A stretch of DNA of 60,737 bases from Aquificales bacterium. GTDB taxonomy: Bacteria > Aquificota > Aquificia > Aquificales > Aquificaceae. Within the stretch, counting starts at the first letter, position 1. Each line of letters opens with the position of its first letter. Where the stretch lies: assembly GCA_015487615.1 (NCBI GenBank), contig WFPJ01000121.1:1-60737 (forward strand), given 5' to 3'. The notes under the pieces are model-generated. The model was not told the origin of the DNA, did no database searches, and saw nothing but the letters and a program-made list of their open reading frames with translations. The position numbers and the translations under genes were made by a program. Below, piece by piece: positions 49,258 to 60,431 of this stretch.

Positions 49258-50107
49258 TATATTTAAGATAAATGAAGATCTGAAAGAGTTTATACCTCAA
49301 GAGGTTATTGATCTTGAAGAAAAGGCAACATGGGGCAACCCTAAGAGGGGGGTCATGGATCTTCCCTACGCTAAGGAATTATTAGAAGAGCATTCCTTGT
49401 GTGCGGGTTGTCCCGAATCGATGGCTTTCAGGTATATATTGGCATCGCTTCCGAATCCTGAAGACACCATAATAGTTAACTCAACTGGTTGTACTTCACT
49501 GGTGTTTCCCCATATAGCCTTACATACAGTTCATTCACTCTTCGGTAATCAAAATGCGGTGGCTACAGGCATAAAGAGGACACTTGAATGGAGATTTCCT
49601 GATAAGGTTAAGGATGTTATAGTGCTCGCAGGAGACGGTGCAACCGTTGATATAGGTCTTGACTGTACATTACAGTCCTTTTTCAGACAAGAAAAGATAA
49701 CAACCATCTGCTTTGATAATGAGGTTTATGCAAACACTGGAGGTCAGGAGAGCGGAACAACCGTTCAAGGGCATGTATTTAAGATGGCGCCCAAAGGCAA
49801 GCAGTGGCCTAAAGTTCAAATGTGGCAACTTGCTATAGATTCTGGGTGTCACTATGTAGTGCGTATGTCCGTTTCTTCTCCGAAGAAGGTAGAGCAGGTT
49901 GTTAAGAAGGCTATATATGTTGCACGTGAAGTTGGACCTACTTATCTTCATTTTTACACTCCGTGTATACTTGAAATAGGTTTGAACTCAGATGACGGTC
50001 TTATGGAAATGAGGGATAAGGATAAGGAAAGGTTTAAGTTCTTTGAATACGTATCCCCGCAAGCTGAAGAGGTAATAGCTAAGAAGAAGGAGGAGGGCTT
50101 ATTATGA
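49247..50107 (+). CDS. 2-oxoacid:ferredoxin oxidoreductase beta (TPP-binding) subunit
   Basis: CAGCPE, TGC, the TPP motif LAGDGATVDIGLD and NEVYANTGGQ. Confidence 0.9.
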   Translation: MSINIFKINEDLKEFIPQEVIDLEEKATWGNPKRGVMDLPYAKELLEEHSLCAGCPESMAFRYILASLPNPEDTIIVNSTGCTSLVFPHIALHTVHSLFGNQNAVATGIKRTLEWRFPDKVKDVIVLAGDGATVDIGLDCTLQSFFRQEKITTICFDNEVYANTGGQESGTTVQGHVFKMAPKGKQWPKVQMWQLAIDSGCHYVVRMSVSSPKKVEQVVKKAIYVAREVGPTYLHFYTPCILEIGLNSDDGLMEMRDKDKERFKFFEYVSPQAEEVIAKKKEEGLL

Positions 50108-50820
50108 CGGAGATAAAAAGGAAGAGGGTAGGAATAAGAATGCCTGCCATCGGTGGACAGGGTGCAGTTACCGCTGCCCATATAATAGCTACCGCTGCGG
50201 ACTATGAGGGATACTATGCGGTTTCCAATCCGTTTTTCGGTGCGGAAAAAAGAATGGCTCCAGCGGAGAGTTATGCAAGAATAGGACTTGAACCCATATT
50301 TGACAGGGGAGAGGTGGTCTATCCCGATATAATAATGGTCTTTCATCCTCAGGTTATAACTATGGGTAAATCTTATACCATGCCCTTTTATTCAGGTATA
50401 AAGAGAAATGGATTGATAATAATAAATTCTGAAGATGACCTCCTTTCTAAGGAGGACAAGGAATACCTTGAATCTTTAAATGTCAGAATATTTAACTTCC
50501 CTGCAACTCAGATGGCTGCGGAGATTGCGGGAACAGAACTTGCTACAAACATGGCAATGATAGGGGCCCTCTTCGGTATTACAAGAATAGTAGGTACCGA
50601 GGCAATAGAAGAAGGTATAAAGGCAAGGTTTCTTAAAAAGTTTGTTGCTTCCGGTGGTACTGCCTCTCTTGATTCAGCACTTGAAAGGAAATTTAAAAAG
50701 AAGCTTGAACTTATAGAGAAAAATGTAAACACCGCAAAGGCTACCTATGAACTCGGACTTAAATGGGCTGAGGAACACGGTATAGAACCCTTTTTGCCGA
50801 GACCTACCGCAAAGGTATAA
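50104..50820 (+). CDS. 2-oxoacid:ferredoxin oxidoreductase gamma subunit
   Basis: GIRMPAIGGQGAVTAAHIIA, a typical gamma-subunit N-terminus. Confidence 0.85.
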   Translation: MTEIKRKRVGIRMPAIGGQGAVTAAHIIATAADYEGYYAVSNPFFGAEKRMAPAESYARIGLEPIFDRGEVVYPDIIMVFHPQVITMGKSYTMPFYSGIKRNGLIIINSEDDLLSKEDKEYLESLNVRIFNFPATQMAAEIAGTELATNMAMIGALFGITRIVGTEAIEEGIKARFLKKFVASGGTASLDSALERKFKKKLELIEKNVNTAKATYELGLKWAEEHGIEPFLPRPTAKV

Positions 50821-50825
50821 AAGGG

Positions 50826-50847
50826 GGAAGGGGCGCTGGCCCCTTCC
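50826..50847. terminator. Hairpin between convergent genes (probable terminator, better U-tract on the minus strand)
   Basis: GGAAGGGGC-GCTG-GCCCCTTCC. The minus-strand transcript continues CCTTTTAT; the plus strand continues AAAAAT. Confidence 0.55.
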
Positions 50848-50879
50848 AAAAATAACCCAAAGGAGGTGGTAGGAGGATA

Positions 50880-52562
50880 TTATTCAAGTAGTGTCCTATT
50901 ATAAATCCAGATGCTACTTTCTGATATGCCTGTGCTATTAACTTCTTGTAAAAATTCTAAGGAATTGCCCCCTGAGGAGATGCCAAAAGCTTTTTCAAAC
51001 ACATCTCTTCCATATTTAAATGCTTGAGCCTTTACTATCCTGTTGTACTGCTTGTTTATTCCCAAAGCCCTCTCAGTGGATGGAATGAACAGATCGGGCT
51101 TTATTGTTCCGTCCTTGTTCAGATAGTTTATAAGGCTAGGATTGTTCAGTATATTTTGATTCGGGCTTAGTACAAAGGATATTTTGTTTGGATCTTTACT
51201 TATCCTTGAAAGTATCTCTCTATTGCTTCTGAAATGATCTCCTCCATTTGTTATTGAAAAGTAAAGCTGATACTCGCCAAATCTTGCATCGGGATTTAGA
51301 TTGCAGTAGGTTTCCAAGACAGATTTAATCTTATCTCCCAGATTTACATTTGATATATTTGCACAGCTTAAATCCTCATAGCCCCAATCCTTTATGCTTG
51401 CTTCGGACAAATTATAATCCTGTTCCTTCCAACCTGCGGAGCCGGGCACCTTTCTCCAGAAGGTGAATGTTCCGTCAACCGTTCCTCCTATACCTCCGTG
51501 GCAGGCTATACAGAACTTACTTTCTTCTGGTGTTTGAGGCCTTAGGTTACCGTTTTTATCTTCTATGAATGCCCTCATTTCCCAAAAACCTGACGTGTTT
51601 AAAAACCTTCCCTTTTCCCAAAAGAATTCCTCACCTTCTATTTCCTCTTCTCCATTCTTCCGTAATGGTGTATAGCTTAATTTCTTCATATATCTCATTT
51701 CCCTTAATCTGAGCGACTTAAAGGAGTATGTGTTGGCAGGATCAAGATAATAAATAGGATGGGCGAATTCTGTACCGGGTGGGTACTGAAACGGTACTAC
51801 TTTAACATCCGATGCATCCCCTTCATAATTAGACGGCAGTATAAAGTTTCCTATTTCGGTTATGGTACACGGTTCACCAGGTTTAACACCCCTTATTGCA
51901 CATTCTAATATTGATAGATTTTTCTTATATACATCTATGTTGAAGATCCCGTCCTTTTTCATGAATTTTTCAGGTAGTCTTATAAGTGTTGAATCTATTC
52001 TACCGTTTGTTGGGAAAAAGCCGGGAAAGGGTTTCCACTTAAACACTCTCCATCCTGTATATTTGCCTTTCCATTTAACAAAACCTTCCGAATCCACATT
52101 TACAAGCTTATACATACCGTTTTCATAGGAATAAAGAGGGGGAACATCCGGGAAATATTCAAGATCTCCTTTACCCTTATTAAGAAATGCGGGCGTCCAA
52201 TTGTCCGTTCTTATCCAGCTTTTTATTTCTTCATCCGTAGGAATAGGTATGTTTCCTATGATAAGTTCTGGTTTTATAGCGTTAAGCCACGGGTTTCCTA
52301 TAGTTTTTATGGACTCTGGGAAATCGTAGATGAGGGTTAAGTTAAAGTCTTCAGCTTCATTCATGTATGGTGTGTTAGCCTTTGTGTGGCAAACATAACA
52401 CGGATTTGCCACAGCTCTTCCGAGTGTTAATATGCCGGTGTCCGTATAACACTCAAGGGGAATGTTAGGTTCTGGGTTGTAGTCTTCACGAACTATATAA
52501 CTTTCCTTAATTCCGCAGGAAATAGTTATGGCTAAAAAAAGTGTTATGATTTTCACCTTCAT
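50880..52562 (-). CDS. Large di-haem c-type cytochrome lipoprotein of unrecognised family
   Basis: Lipobox MKVKIITLFLAITISCG and two CxxCH motifs (PCYVCH near the N-terminus, FCIACHGG about 290 residues later). Start ambiguous (52562, 52577 or 52625). Confidence 0.7.
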   Translation of the reverse strand: MKVKIITLFLAITISCGIKESYIVREDYNPEPNIPLECYTDTGILTLGRAVANPCYVCHTKANTPYMNEAEDFNLTLIYDFPESIKTIGNPWLNAIKPELIIGNIPIPTDEEIKSWIRTDNWTPAFLNKGKGDLEYFPDVPPLYSYENGMYKLVNVDSEGFVKWKGKYTGWRVFKWKPFPGFFPTNGRIDSTLIRLPEKFMKKDGIFNIDVYKKNLSILECAIRGVKPGEPCTITEIGNFILPSNYEGDASDVKVVPFQYPPGTEFAHPIYYLDPANTYSFKSLRLREMRYMKKLSYTPLRKNGEEEIEGEEFFWEKGRFLNTSGFWEMRAFIEDKNGNLRPQTPEESKFCIACHGGIGGTVDGTFTFWRKVPGSAGWKEQDYNLSEASIKDWGYEDLSCANISNVNLGDKIKSVLETYCNLNPDARFGEYQLYFSITNGGDHFRSNREILSRISKDPNKISFVLSPNQNILNNPSLINYLNKDGTIKPDLFIPSTERALGINKQYNRIVKAQAFKYGRDVFEKAFGISSGGNSLEFLQEVNSTGISESSIWIYNRTLLE

Positions 52563-52658
52563 CTTTTTATTTCGCATAAAGAAATTGAAATTCAGTTTCA
52601 TATAATTTACCATGAGATTACTCATATTATGAGTGGGCGTATTTTATTAAGATATGAC

Positions 52659-52682
52659 GTGCTACTAATATATTAGAAGCAC
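52659..52682. promoter_or_regulatory. 24-bp near-perfect palindrome upstream of the di-haem lipoprotein gene
   Basis: GTGCTACTAATA|TATTAGAAGCAC, with 11 of 12 arm positions complementary. It lies just upstream of a minus-strand TAAAAT box (52641-52646). Confidence 0.4.
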
Positions 52683-52713
52683 AAATGATATTGAAACTCT
52701 ATTTCTATACAGA

Positions 52714-53613
52714 TCACTTCTTTTTTCTTAGTAAAAAGGCGAGTAATATACCTGCTATGTTTTGAAATATACTAAAAAGTGCAGGTGGTATAGAAGCTCC
52801 AAGAGAAAAATGCTTGATGGCTAATACAACCGCGAGTCCTGAATTCTGTGTTCCTACCTCTATAATGAGGGATTTTATCTTTTTATTATCAAGCCTTAGA
52901 AGTTTGCCTGCTATAAATCCTGCCAGATAGCCTATGATTAAATGGAGTATCACTCCTGTGTAGAGTTTTAAATCGGGCCTAAGTAAAAGCTCCCTATTTA
53001 GGGAAAAGATGATGGCAATTATGAATGAAATTGCAGTTATGGAAATGTAGGGGAGAAAGAACTCTATCTTCTTAAGAAGATTGTCCTTAATAAACCTTCT
53101 TATTATCATACCCGAAATGACTGGAAGCAGTATTATCTTTGATACCGTTAAAACCATGTTTAGGAAGGGTACATCTACATATTTACCAGCCAAGACCAAG
53201 GTCCAAAGAGGCGTAAGTAAAGGTGATATAAGTGTTGAAACGGTCGTCATAGATATAGAGTAGGCAAGATCTCCTTTTGATAAAAAGGTGATCAAATTTG
53301 AGGCTGTTCCTCCCGGTGCGGAGCCTACGAGGATAATACCTATTGAAGTGTTTACATCCTCCGCTAGCATTAGTGATATAAGGTATGCGGATAAAGGCAT
53401 TACTGTAAACTGGAGCAGGGCGCCGTAAAAGATGATAAAGGGTTGTCTTAGGATTCTTTTAAAATCATCAATAGAAAGGGTTATACCCATGGACAGCATT
53501 ATTACTGCTAAAAGGGGAACTATAAGGAACTTTAGGCCTTTGAAGTACTCATGGAATAATAATCCCGCATATGAGAGGGATAGGATTATAAGAAGGGAAA
53601 TTATGCCAAACAT
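52714..53613 (-). CDS. Bile acid:Na+ symporter (BASS/SBF) family transporter
   Basis: About 10 TM helices and GSAPGGTASN, typical of BASS. The start immediately follows the upstream stop (TAAATG). Confidence 0.8.
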   Translation of the reverse strand: MFGIISLLIILSLSYAGLLFHEYFKGLKFLIVPLLAVIMLSMGITLSIDDFKRILRQPFIIFYGALLQFTVMPLSAYLISLMLAEDVNTSIGIILVGSAPGGTASNLITFLSKGDLAYSISMTTVSTLISPLLTPLWTLVLAGKYVDVPFLNMVLTVSKIILLPVISGMIIRRFIKDNLLKKIEFFLPYISITAISFIIAIIFSLNRELLLRPDLKLYTGVILHLIIGYLAGFIAGKLLRLDNKKIKSLIIEVGTQNSGLAVVLAIKHFSLGASIPPALFSIFQNIAGILLAFLLRKKK

Positions 53614-54072
53614 TTACCCTCCGAACCTTAACCGTGAAGCAAGATATACTATGTATATGCTTAACAACATGTTCAATATACCTATTACCCTTGAGAGTCT
53701 TCTGAATTTAGGATTATTAACAGATCTTGGTCCCGTGTAAAGATCATGAATGAGTGTAAGCAAAACTACTAAGAAGTATATACCTATTTTCAGTAAAAGG
53801 GTTCTTGTGTAAGGATTGTCAAGGCCTTTGAATATTGTTGATATGCCTGTTATGAAGTATACGTTTATAAGTCCTGTTATAAATAGAAGGGGAAGTACGA
53901 TAAAGGTGCCTACTCCTTGGTATCTTCTCCCTATATCTTGAAACATTTGATCCCTAATAGGCAGTTTTCTTATATACGGTCCTATCACGAGCACCATAAA
54001 AAGCATACCACCTACCCAAAGGCTTGCTAATATAATGTGGAGGGCAAGGTTCAGATGACTTAGTGCTTCCAC
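53614..54072 (-). CDS. Small 4-TM membrane protein (CopD/DUF4149-like); function unknown
   Basis: 152 aa with 4 hydrophobic helices and the N-terminus LALHIILASLWVGGMLF. The family call is tentative. Confidence 0.45.
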   Translation of the reverse strand: MEALSHLNLALHIILASLWVGGMLFMVLVIGPYIRKLPIRDQMFQDIGRRYQGVGTFIVLPLLFITGLINVYFITGISTIFKGLDNPYTRTLLLKIGIYFLVVLLTLIHDLYTGPRSVNNPKFRRLSRVIGILNMLLSIYIVYLASRLRFGG

Positions 54073-54168
54073 CCAATCTATGTTAACACAAGGATCGCAT
54101 AGGTTTATTTCGTCTTTTTGGCTAATAAAATATTAGTGTAATTCACTCATATATTCTTCACCAACCAC

Positions 54169-54197
54169 TTGACTTTTTGGATGGAAGTTAATATAAT
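54169..54197 (+). promoter_or_regulatory. Consensus sigma-70 promoter of groES-groEL
   Basis: TTGACT (54169-54174), a 17-nt spacer, then TATAAT (54192-54197). Confidence 0.7.
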
Positions 54198-54233
54198 TTT
54201 TACTACCATAAACCAAATAAGGAGGTGAAAAAA

Positions 54234-54545
54234 ATGGCTAAGCTGAAGCCCCTATACGATAAGATAGTTGTTAAAAGGTTTGAAGAGCAAGAACAGAAAA
54301 CCCCTTCTGGCATTATAATACCCGATTCCGCAAAGGAAAAGCCCCAGATGGGTGAGGTTGTGGCTGTAGGTGAAGGAAAGCTTTTAAATAATGGACAAAC
54401 GGTTCCCCCAAAAGTTAAAGAGGGGGATGTTGTCATATTTGGTAAGTATGCGGGTACTGAGGTAGAACTTGAAGGTGAAAAATATCTTGTTATGTCTGAA
54501 GATGAGATTCTTGCTGTTGTAGAAGGAGCTCCGGTAGCAAAATAA
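54234..54545 (+). CDS. groES: Co-chaperonin GroES
   Basis: [15 protein letters not shown]...[12 protein letters not shown] 54234 follows SD GGAGGTG (54221-54227). Confidence 0.95.
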   Translation: MAKLKPLYDKIVVKRFEEQEQKTPSGIIIPDSAKEKPQMGEVVAVGEGKLLNNGQTVPPKVKEGDVVIFGKYAGTEVELEGEKYLVMSEDEILAVVEGAPVAK

Positions 54546-54558
54546 ATAAAGGAGGTGA

Positions 54559-56205
<1,647 letters not shown>

Positions 56206-56212
56206 TGGCATA

Positions 56213-56243
56213 AGCCCCCGTGAGGGGGCTTTAATTTTTTTTT
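56213..56243 (+). terminator. Rho-independent terminator after groEL
   Basis: AGCCCCC-GTGA-GGGGGCT followed by TTAATTTTTTTTT. Confidence 0.85.
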
Positions 56244-56306
56244 ATTAACTTCAAAGTTTTTCTTATCCATTACGGGAGGGAAGGGTATTATAATAAACCT
56301 TAGCCA

Positions 56307-58076
56307 ATGGCCCCACCCCTTAAATTGCCTTTCTTTTCTTGGTTTCATAAGTATTCCCTTAATAGCTTTTTTAGAGATAGTATAGCAGGTTTAACGGTTG
56401 CCTCTGTTTTGGTTCCCCAGAGTATGGCTTACGCCTTACTTGCCAATGTGCCTCCTATTCACGGTATATACGCAGCATCCATTCCCGTGATAATAGCATC
56501 AATTTTTGGCAGTTCAAGATTCCTCGCTACAGGACCCGTTGCGATGACTGCACTCCTTTCCGCTTCTGTCTTGAGTACGGTGGCTGTCCCCGAGTCTACT
56601 CTTTGGATAGAGCTTATGGCTCTTCTTGCCATACTCGTCGGAATTATAAGGGTTGCTATAGGGATTTTGAGACTAGGATTCATAGTTGAGCTTATATCCA
56701 ACAGTGTGGTTATAGGGTTTACAAGTGCGGGTGCACTTGTAATAGCCCTGAGTCAGCTCGGTCATTTGTTGGGATTTAAGACTGTTCAGACAACTCATAT
56801 ATTTCTTATACTTGTTGATATCGCTGGTAAGATAACGAATATACATTTTTATACATTAGCTATAGGCGTATTTGCCTTTCTAATAATAAAGATTGCAAGT
56901 AAGATAAGCGGATACATACCAGGTGCTTTATTGGCTGTTGTTATAACTTCATTTATATCTTATATGTACGATCTTGAAGGGAAGGGTGTTGCAATAGTAG
57001 GACATGTTCCTCAGGGATTTCCCGCTCCTTCTTTGCCTTCAATGGATTTTGAAATAGTATCAAAGCTTTTGGGTGGTGCTTTCGTAGTTGCCTTTTTCGG
57101 TCTTATAGAAGCGGTAACAATAGCTAAGACCCTTGCATTGAAGGCGGGTGATAAATGGGATCCTAATCAGGAGCTTATAGGCCAGGGTTTAGCTAACATA
57201 TTCGCAGGTTTTATAAAGGGATTCCCTGTAGGTGGATCCTTTTCAAGATCTTCTCTTAACTTTTACATAGGAGCGTCTTCTCCCCTTTCCAACATAATAA
57301 GCGGTTTTATCGTTATACTTACGCTGCTTTATATGGCACCCGCCTTTTACTATCTTCCTAAGGCTGTACTTTCCGCGATAGTCTTATCCGCAGTGATAAA
57401 TCTTATAAGACCGCAGGATATATTGAAACTTTACAGAATAAATAAAATAGACGGTTTGGTAGCCTTTTTAACTTTTATCTCCGTATTTTTCATGGATCTG
57501 TGGGTTGCTATAGTCCTGGGTATTATGACTTCTCTCGGAAGCTTCGTTTATAAAACCATGTATCCGAGGATAGTTGTCCTTTCAAGGGATCCTGAATCCA
57601 ACACCTTTGTTAATGCGGAAAGGAGAAATTTGCCTCAATGCCCTCAGATCCTTTATATAAGACCTAATACATCTATTTATTTCGGTAATGCCCAGTATGT
57701 TTATGACTATATAGTAAACAAGGTGATTGAGAAAAAAGAAAAAGGGAGGTTAAGGTATGTCCTTATTGATATGGAGGCAGTCAACTATATAGACGCAACA
57801 GGTTCCCAGACTATTATAAGGCTTATAAATACATTGAAGGAAATGGGCGTTGAAACCGCCTTTGCTAATATAGGGTGTGATGTTTACATACTTTTGGAAA
57901 ATGTTGAGTTTGATAAGCATGTAAATCATGAGCTTGTGTTTGATTCAAAGGGTCATTCTATAAGAGAGTTGATAAAAAGGATTGATCATGACTATTGTCG
58001 TAATAGCTGTCCTTACACTGTATTCAGAGAGTGTGTGGATATAAAAAAGGGAAACTTTACTTCAAGTAGCTTTTAA
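56307..58076 (+). CDS. SulP-family anion permease with C-terminal STAS domain
   Basis: N-terminal FRDSIAGLTVASVLVPQSMAYA, a multi-TM core, and a STAS-like YVLIDMEAVNYIDATG. Confidence 0.9.
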   Translation: MAPPLKLPFFSWFHKYSLNSFFRDSIAGLTVASVLVPQSMAYALLANVPPIHGIYAASIPVIIASIFGSSRFLATGPVAMTALLSASVLSTVAVPESTLWIELMALLAILVGIIRVAIGILRLGFIVELISNSVVIGFTSAGALVIALSQLGHLLGFKTVQTTHIFLILVDIAGKITNIHFYTLAIGVFAFLIIKIASKISGYIPGALLAVVITSFISYMYDLEGKGVAIVGHVPQGFPAPSLPSMDFEIVSKLLGGAFVVAFFGLIEAVTIAKTLALKAGDKWDPNQELIGQGLANIFAGFIKGFPVGGSFSRSSLNFYIGASSPLSNIISGFIVILTLLYMAPAFYYLPKAVLSAIVLSAVINLIRPQDILKLYRINKIDGLVAFLTFISVFFMDLWVAIVLGIMTSLGSFVYKTMYPRIVVLSRDPESNTFVNAERRNLPQCPQILYIRPNTSIYFGNAQYVYDYIVNKVIEKKEKGRLRYVLIDMEAVNYIDATGSQTIIRLINTLKEMGVETAFANIGCDVYILLENVEFDKHVNHELVFDSKGHSIRELIKRIDHDYCRNSCPYTVFRECVDIKKGNFTSSSF

Positions 58077-58305
58077 ACCTATTCATATTTACTACTGTAT
58101 TTGCCATCTCAGTCTTTTCTTTTTCCGCTGTTTCAATAAGATGATTTATTATCCTCAAGCATTCCTTTGCCTCTTCAACAGACATGCCTTCCGATCTAAA
58201 ATCAATTTCTTTTATTCTTTGGCATGTCTTTATTAGATCATCAAATTTCCTTTCTTTCAAAAGCAGTTCGCATTCAAGTAGAAGATCTTTGAGCGTTTTC
58301 CTCAT
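58057..58305 (-). CDS. Small helical protein downstream of fliS (FliT-like chaperone candidate)
   Basis: 82 aa, all-helical and charged. SD GGAG lies 7 nt before ATG 58305. Assigned by position only. Confidence 0.35.
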   Translation of the reverse strand: MRKTLKDLLLECELLLKERKFDDLIKTCQRIKEIDFRSEGMSVEEAKECLRIINHLIETAEKEKTEMANTVVNMNRFKSYLK

Positions 58306-58681
58306 ACTTTTTCTCCAGTTCAACCCATACGTTTCTTAGGTCTTCAAATATCTTTATCATCTCTTCAATAGATTTTACATCATTTTCAACATTAATCCTT
58401 ATGAGTTCCTGGATAAAAGCGTCATATATGCTTTTAAGATTGACCGCTATCTCTCCCCCCTTTTCCGTATCAAGGATGGCTTGAAGAAATATTACTATGT
58501 CCGTTGCCCGTGATAGACTTTCCGCTTTTGTTTTTAAATTTTCCATATCATCAAGACCCATTTCTATTGCGGATTTTGCATTATGTAGGAGATTTATTAC
58601 CTTATCATAAAGCATTACTATAAGCTGAACAGGAGAAGCTGTTGTTACCATACTTTCAAGATATGCGTCCGCGGGATTCAT
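58274..58681 (-). CDS. fliS: Flagellin-specific chaperone FliS
   Basis: MNPADAYLESMVTTASPVQLIVMLYDK... typical FliS four-helix pattern. Confidence 0.85.
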   Translation of the reverse strand: MNPADAYLESMVTTASPVQLIVMLYDKVINLLHNAKSAIEMGLDDMENLKTKAESLSRATDIVIFLQAILDTEKGGEIAVNLKSIYDAFIQELIRINVENDVKSIEEMIKIFEDLRNVWVELEKKYEENAQRSST

Positions 58682-60012
58682 TTTTTCTCACCTCCTGTCA
58701 TTTGGGAAAGAGTGACAGTAAATTGTTGTAGGCGCTGTCTTATATCGTTCATCTCCGCTATGAAGGATTCTATCTTTGAAAATTGGTATCTAAGAAATTC
58801 TTCTTCTTTTGCAAGCCTCTCAGCCAGTTCCCTTGCCCTTTCTTCTAAGGATCTTATTCTGTCATCAAAAAAGGATTTATAAACATCAATACTTCTTTTT
58901 TCTCTTTCAAGATACTTACCGAATATATCTTTCATATTGTTTATGAGATCCCTTACCTTGTCTTTGTCATTTGTTATAAGATTTTTAAGGTTTTCTGTCT
59001 TTAATGATATTTCTCCTGTATTTGGATTGTAGTCTATAAGGTCTTCATTAATTAGAAGGTTTAGAAAGTTTGCAAGATTGCTCTTTACTGTCTTTATCGT
59101 ATTATCGCCTATGAATATACCTTCGTTAAGATCGGTAAGTTGGTTTACCATAGATATAACACCGTTGTACTTTTCAACAAAATCCTTGAAGAACTTTGTT
59201 ATAGGAGAATTGTCATCCTCTACGGTAACTGTTGCGGTACCAGTGTTTTTGACTGTTATATTTAACCCACTTATAACATCCTGGAAGGTGTTGGAAGGGC
59301 TCGTTATGGGAGATCCGTTACCTATGGTTATGCTTGCATTCCTCGCATTCTGTAGTGTATCAAGTCCGGTACCGAGCTCGGTCGGAAGTGATCCTACTAT
59401 TTCTATAGCGTAGGTGTTTGTTGTTGTATCAGTTTCAACATCAGAGTCTTCCGGTCTTTTTTCGGATAACATTAGCTTGTATTGGGAACCATCAAAATAG
59501 ACGGATGCCTTTACATAGTCCTGAGCTGAATTTATCCTGTTTACAAGATCTTCAAGGGTTTCACCTGTATTGTAGTCTATCGTAAACTCTTCATATGTGG
59601 TGGAGGATTTATTGAATCTCAATGTAAAGCTACCGCTTGCAGCAAAAGTATCATTCAAGCTATTGAAACCACCGTTTGATACTCTTATCTCTGTTTGTGC
59701 CAAGCTGTTTACTGTAACATTGAAAGATATATTGGGTGCATCTTGTGTTGCGGTTGCGGTTAAAACATCCTTATCGGAAGATGTAGCTTTTTTCCCTTTA
59801 AACAGATCGTCCACATTGAGATTATCAAAAAGAGATAGAAAGTCATTAACCGCACCTGCAAAATTGGCAAGGGAGGATGCCTTTGCCTGAGAAAGGGCTA
59901 TTTCTTGGTTGATCTTCTGAAGGGGTATAGACTTCATTTGCATTATTCTTTCTACAAAACCTGCTGCATCAAACTGACCAGTCAAACCGGACATAAATAG
60001 TTCACCAGCCAT
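58678..60012 (-). CDS. fliD: Flagellar filament cap protein FliD
   Basis: N-terminal GLTGQFDAAGFVERIMQMKSIPLQK and C-terminal coiled-coil blocks typical of FliD. Confidence 0.85.
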   Translation of the reverse strand: MAGELFMSGLTGQFDAAGFVERIMQMKSIPLQKINQEIALSQAKASSLANFAGAVNDFLSLFDNLNVDDLFKGKKATSSDKDVLTATATQDAPNISFNVTVNSLAQTEIRVSNGGFNSLNDTFAASGSFTLRFNKSSTTYEEFTIDYNTGETLEDLVNRINSAQDYVKASVYFDGSQYKLMLSEKRPEDSDVETDTTTNTYAIEIVGSLPTELGTGLDTLQNARNASITIGNGSPITSPSNTFQDVISGLNITVKNTGTATVTVEDDNSPITKFFKDFVEKYNGVISMVNQLTDLNEGIFIGDNTIKTVKSNLANFLNLLINEDLIDYNPNTGEISLKTENLKNLITNDKDKVRDLINNMKDIFGKYLEREKRSIDVYKSFFDDRIRSLEERARELAERLAKEEEFLRYQFSKIESFIAEMNDIRQRLQQFTVTLSQMTGGEKK

Positions 60013-60014
60013 GA

Positions 60015-60377
60015 CTATATCCTCTCATTTATAATTATTCCAAGCATCTCATCAATTCTTTTCATAATAGATAACATATAGTCGGGAGGTATCTGCCTTA
60101 TTACCTTTTCCGTTTCCTTTTCAACAATCTTTATAACAGGAATATCAAGCTCATTATCTATATCTATCCTCAGATATTTGTTCAAATAATCCATTTTCTT
60201 CCTTATCTCCTCAATAATTCTTTTAAGCTCCTCTTTATCTATCTGATGGTTGTTTTTTACTATTTCATCCATTTTTGTATCGTCTTGTACCTTACCGTTA
60301 GGAGGTACAACTATGTTATTTTGTGTTATTTGCCTTGCTACCTCCATTTCTTTTATGGGAACCTTTTCTATGCGCAT
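60015..60377 (-). CDS. flaG: FlaG family flagellar protein
   Basis: C-terminal ...DNELDIPVIKIVEKETEKVIRQIPP... FlaG pattern. ATG 60377 is preferred (SD GAGGTG upstream). Confidence 0.75.
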   Translation of the reverse strand: MRIEKVPIKEMEVARQITQNNIVVPPNGKVQDDTKMDEIVKNNHQIDKEELKRIIEEIRKKMDYLNKYLRIDIDNELDIPVIKIVEKETEKVIRQIPPDYMLSIMKRIDEMLGIIINERI

Positions 60378-60392
60378 GGCACCCACCTCAAA

Positions 60393-60418
60393 TTAAAAAA
60401 GGGGAGGAGGACCTCCCC
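60393..60418 (-). terminator. Rho-independent terminator after the flagellin gene
   Basis: Minus-strand hairpin GGGGAGG-TCCT-CCTCCCC followed by TTTTTT. Confidence 0.7.
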
Positions 60419-60431
60419 TTAATAGTAGGCT

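Noticed and set aside
54100-54168. I looked for a CIRCE (HrcA) operator upstream of groES.
   Set aside because: Only a weak AGTG-N5-CACT inverted repeat (within TTAGTGTAATTCACTCA) is present. It does not match TTAGCACTC-N9-GAGTGCTAA.
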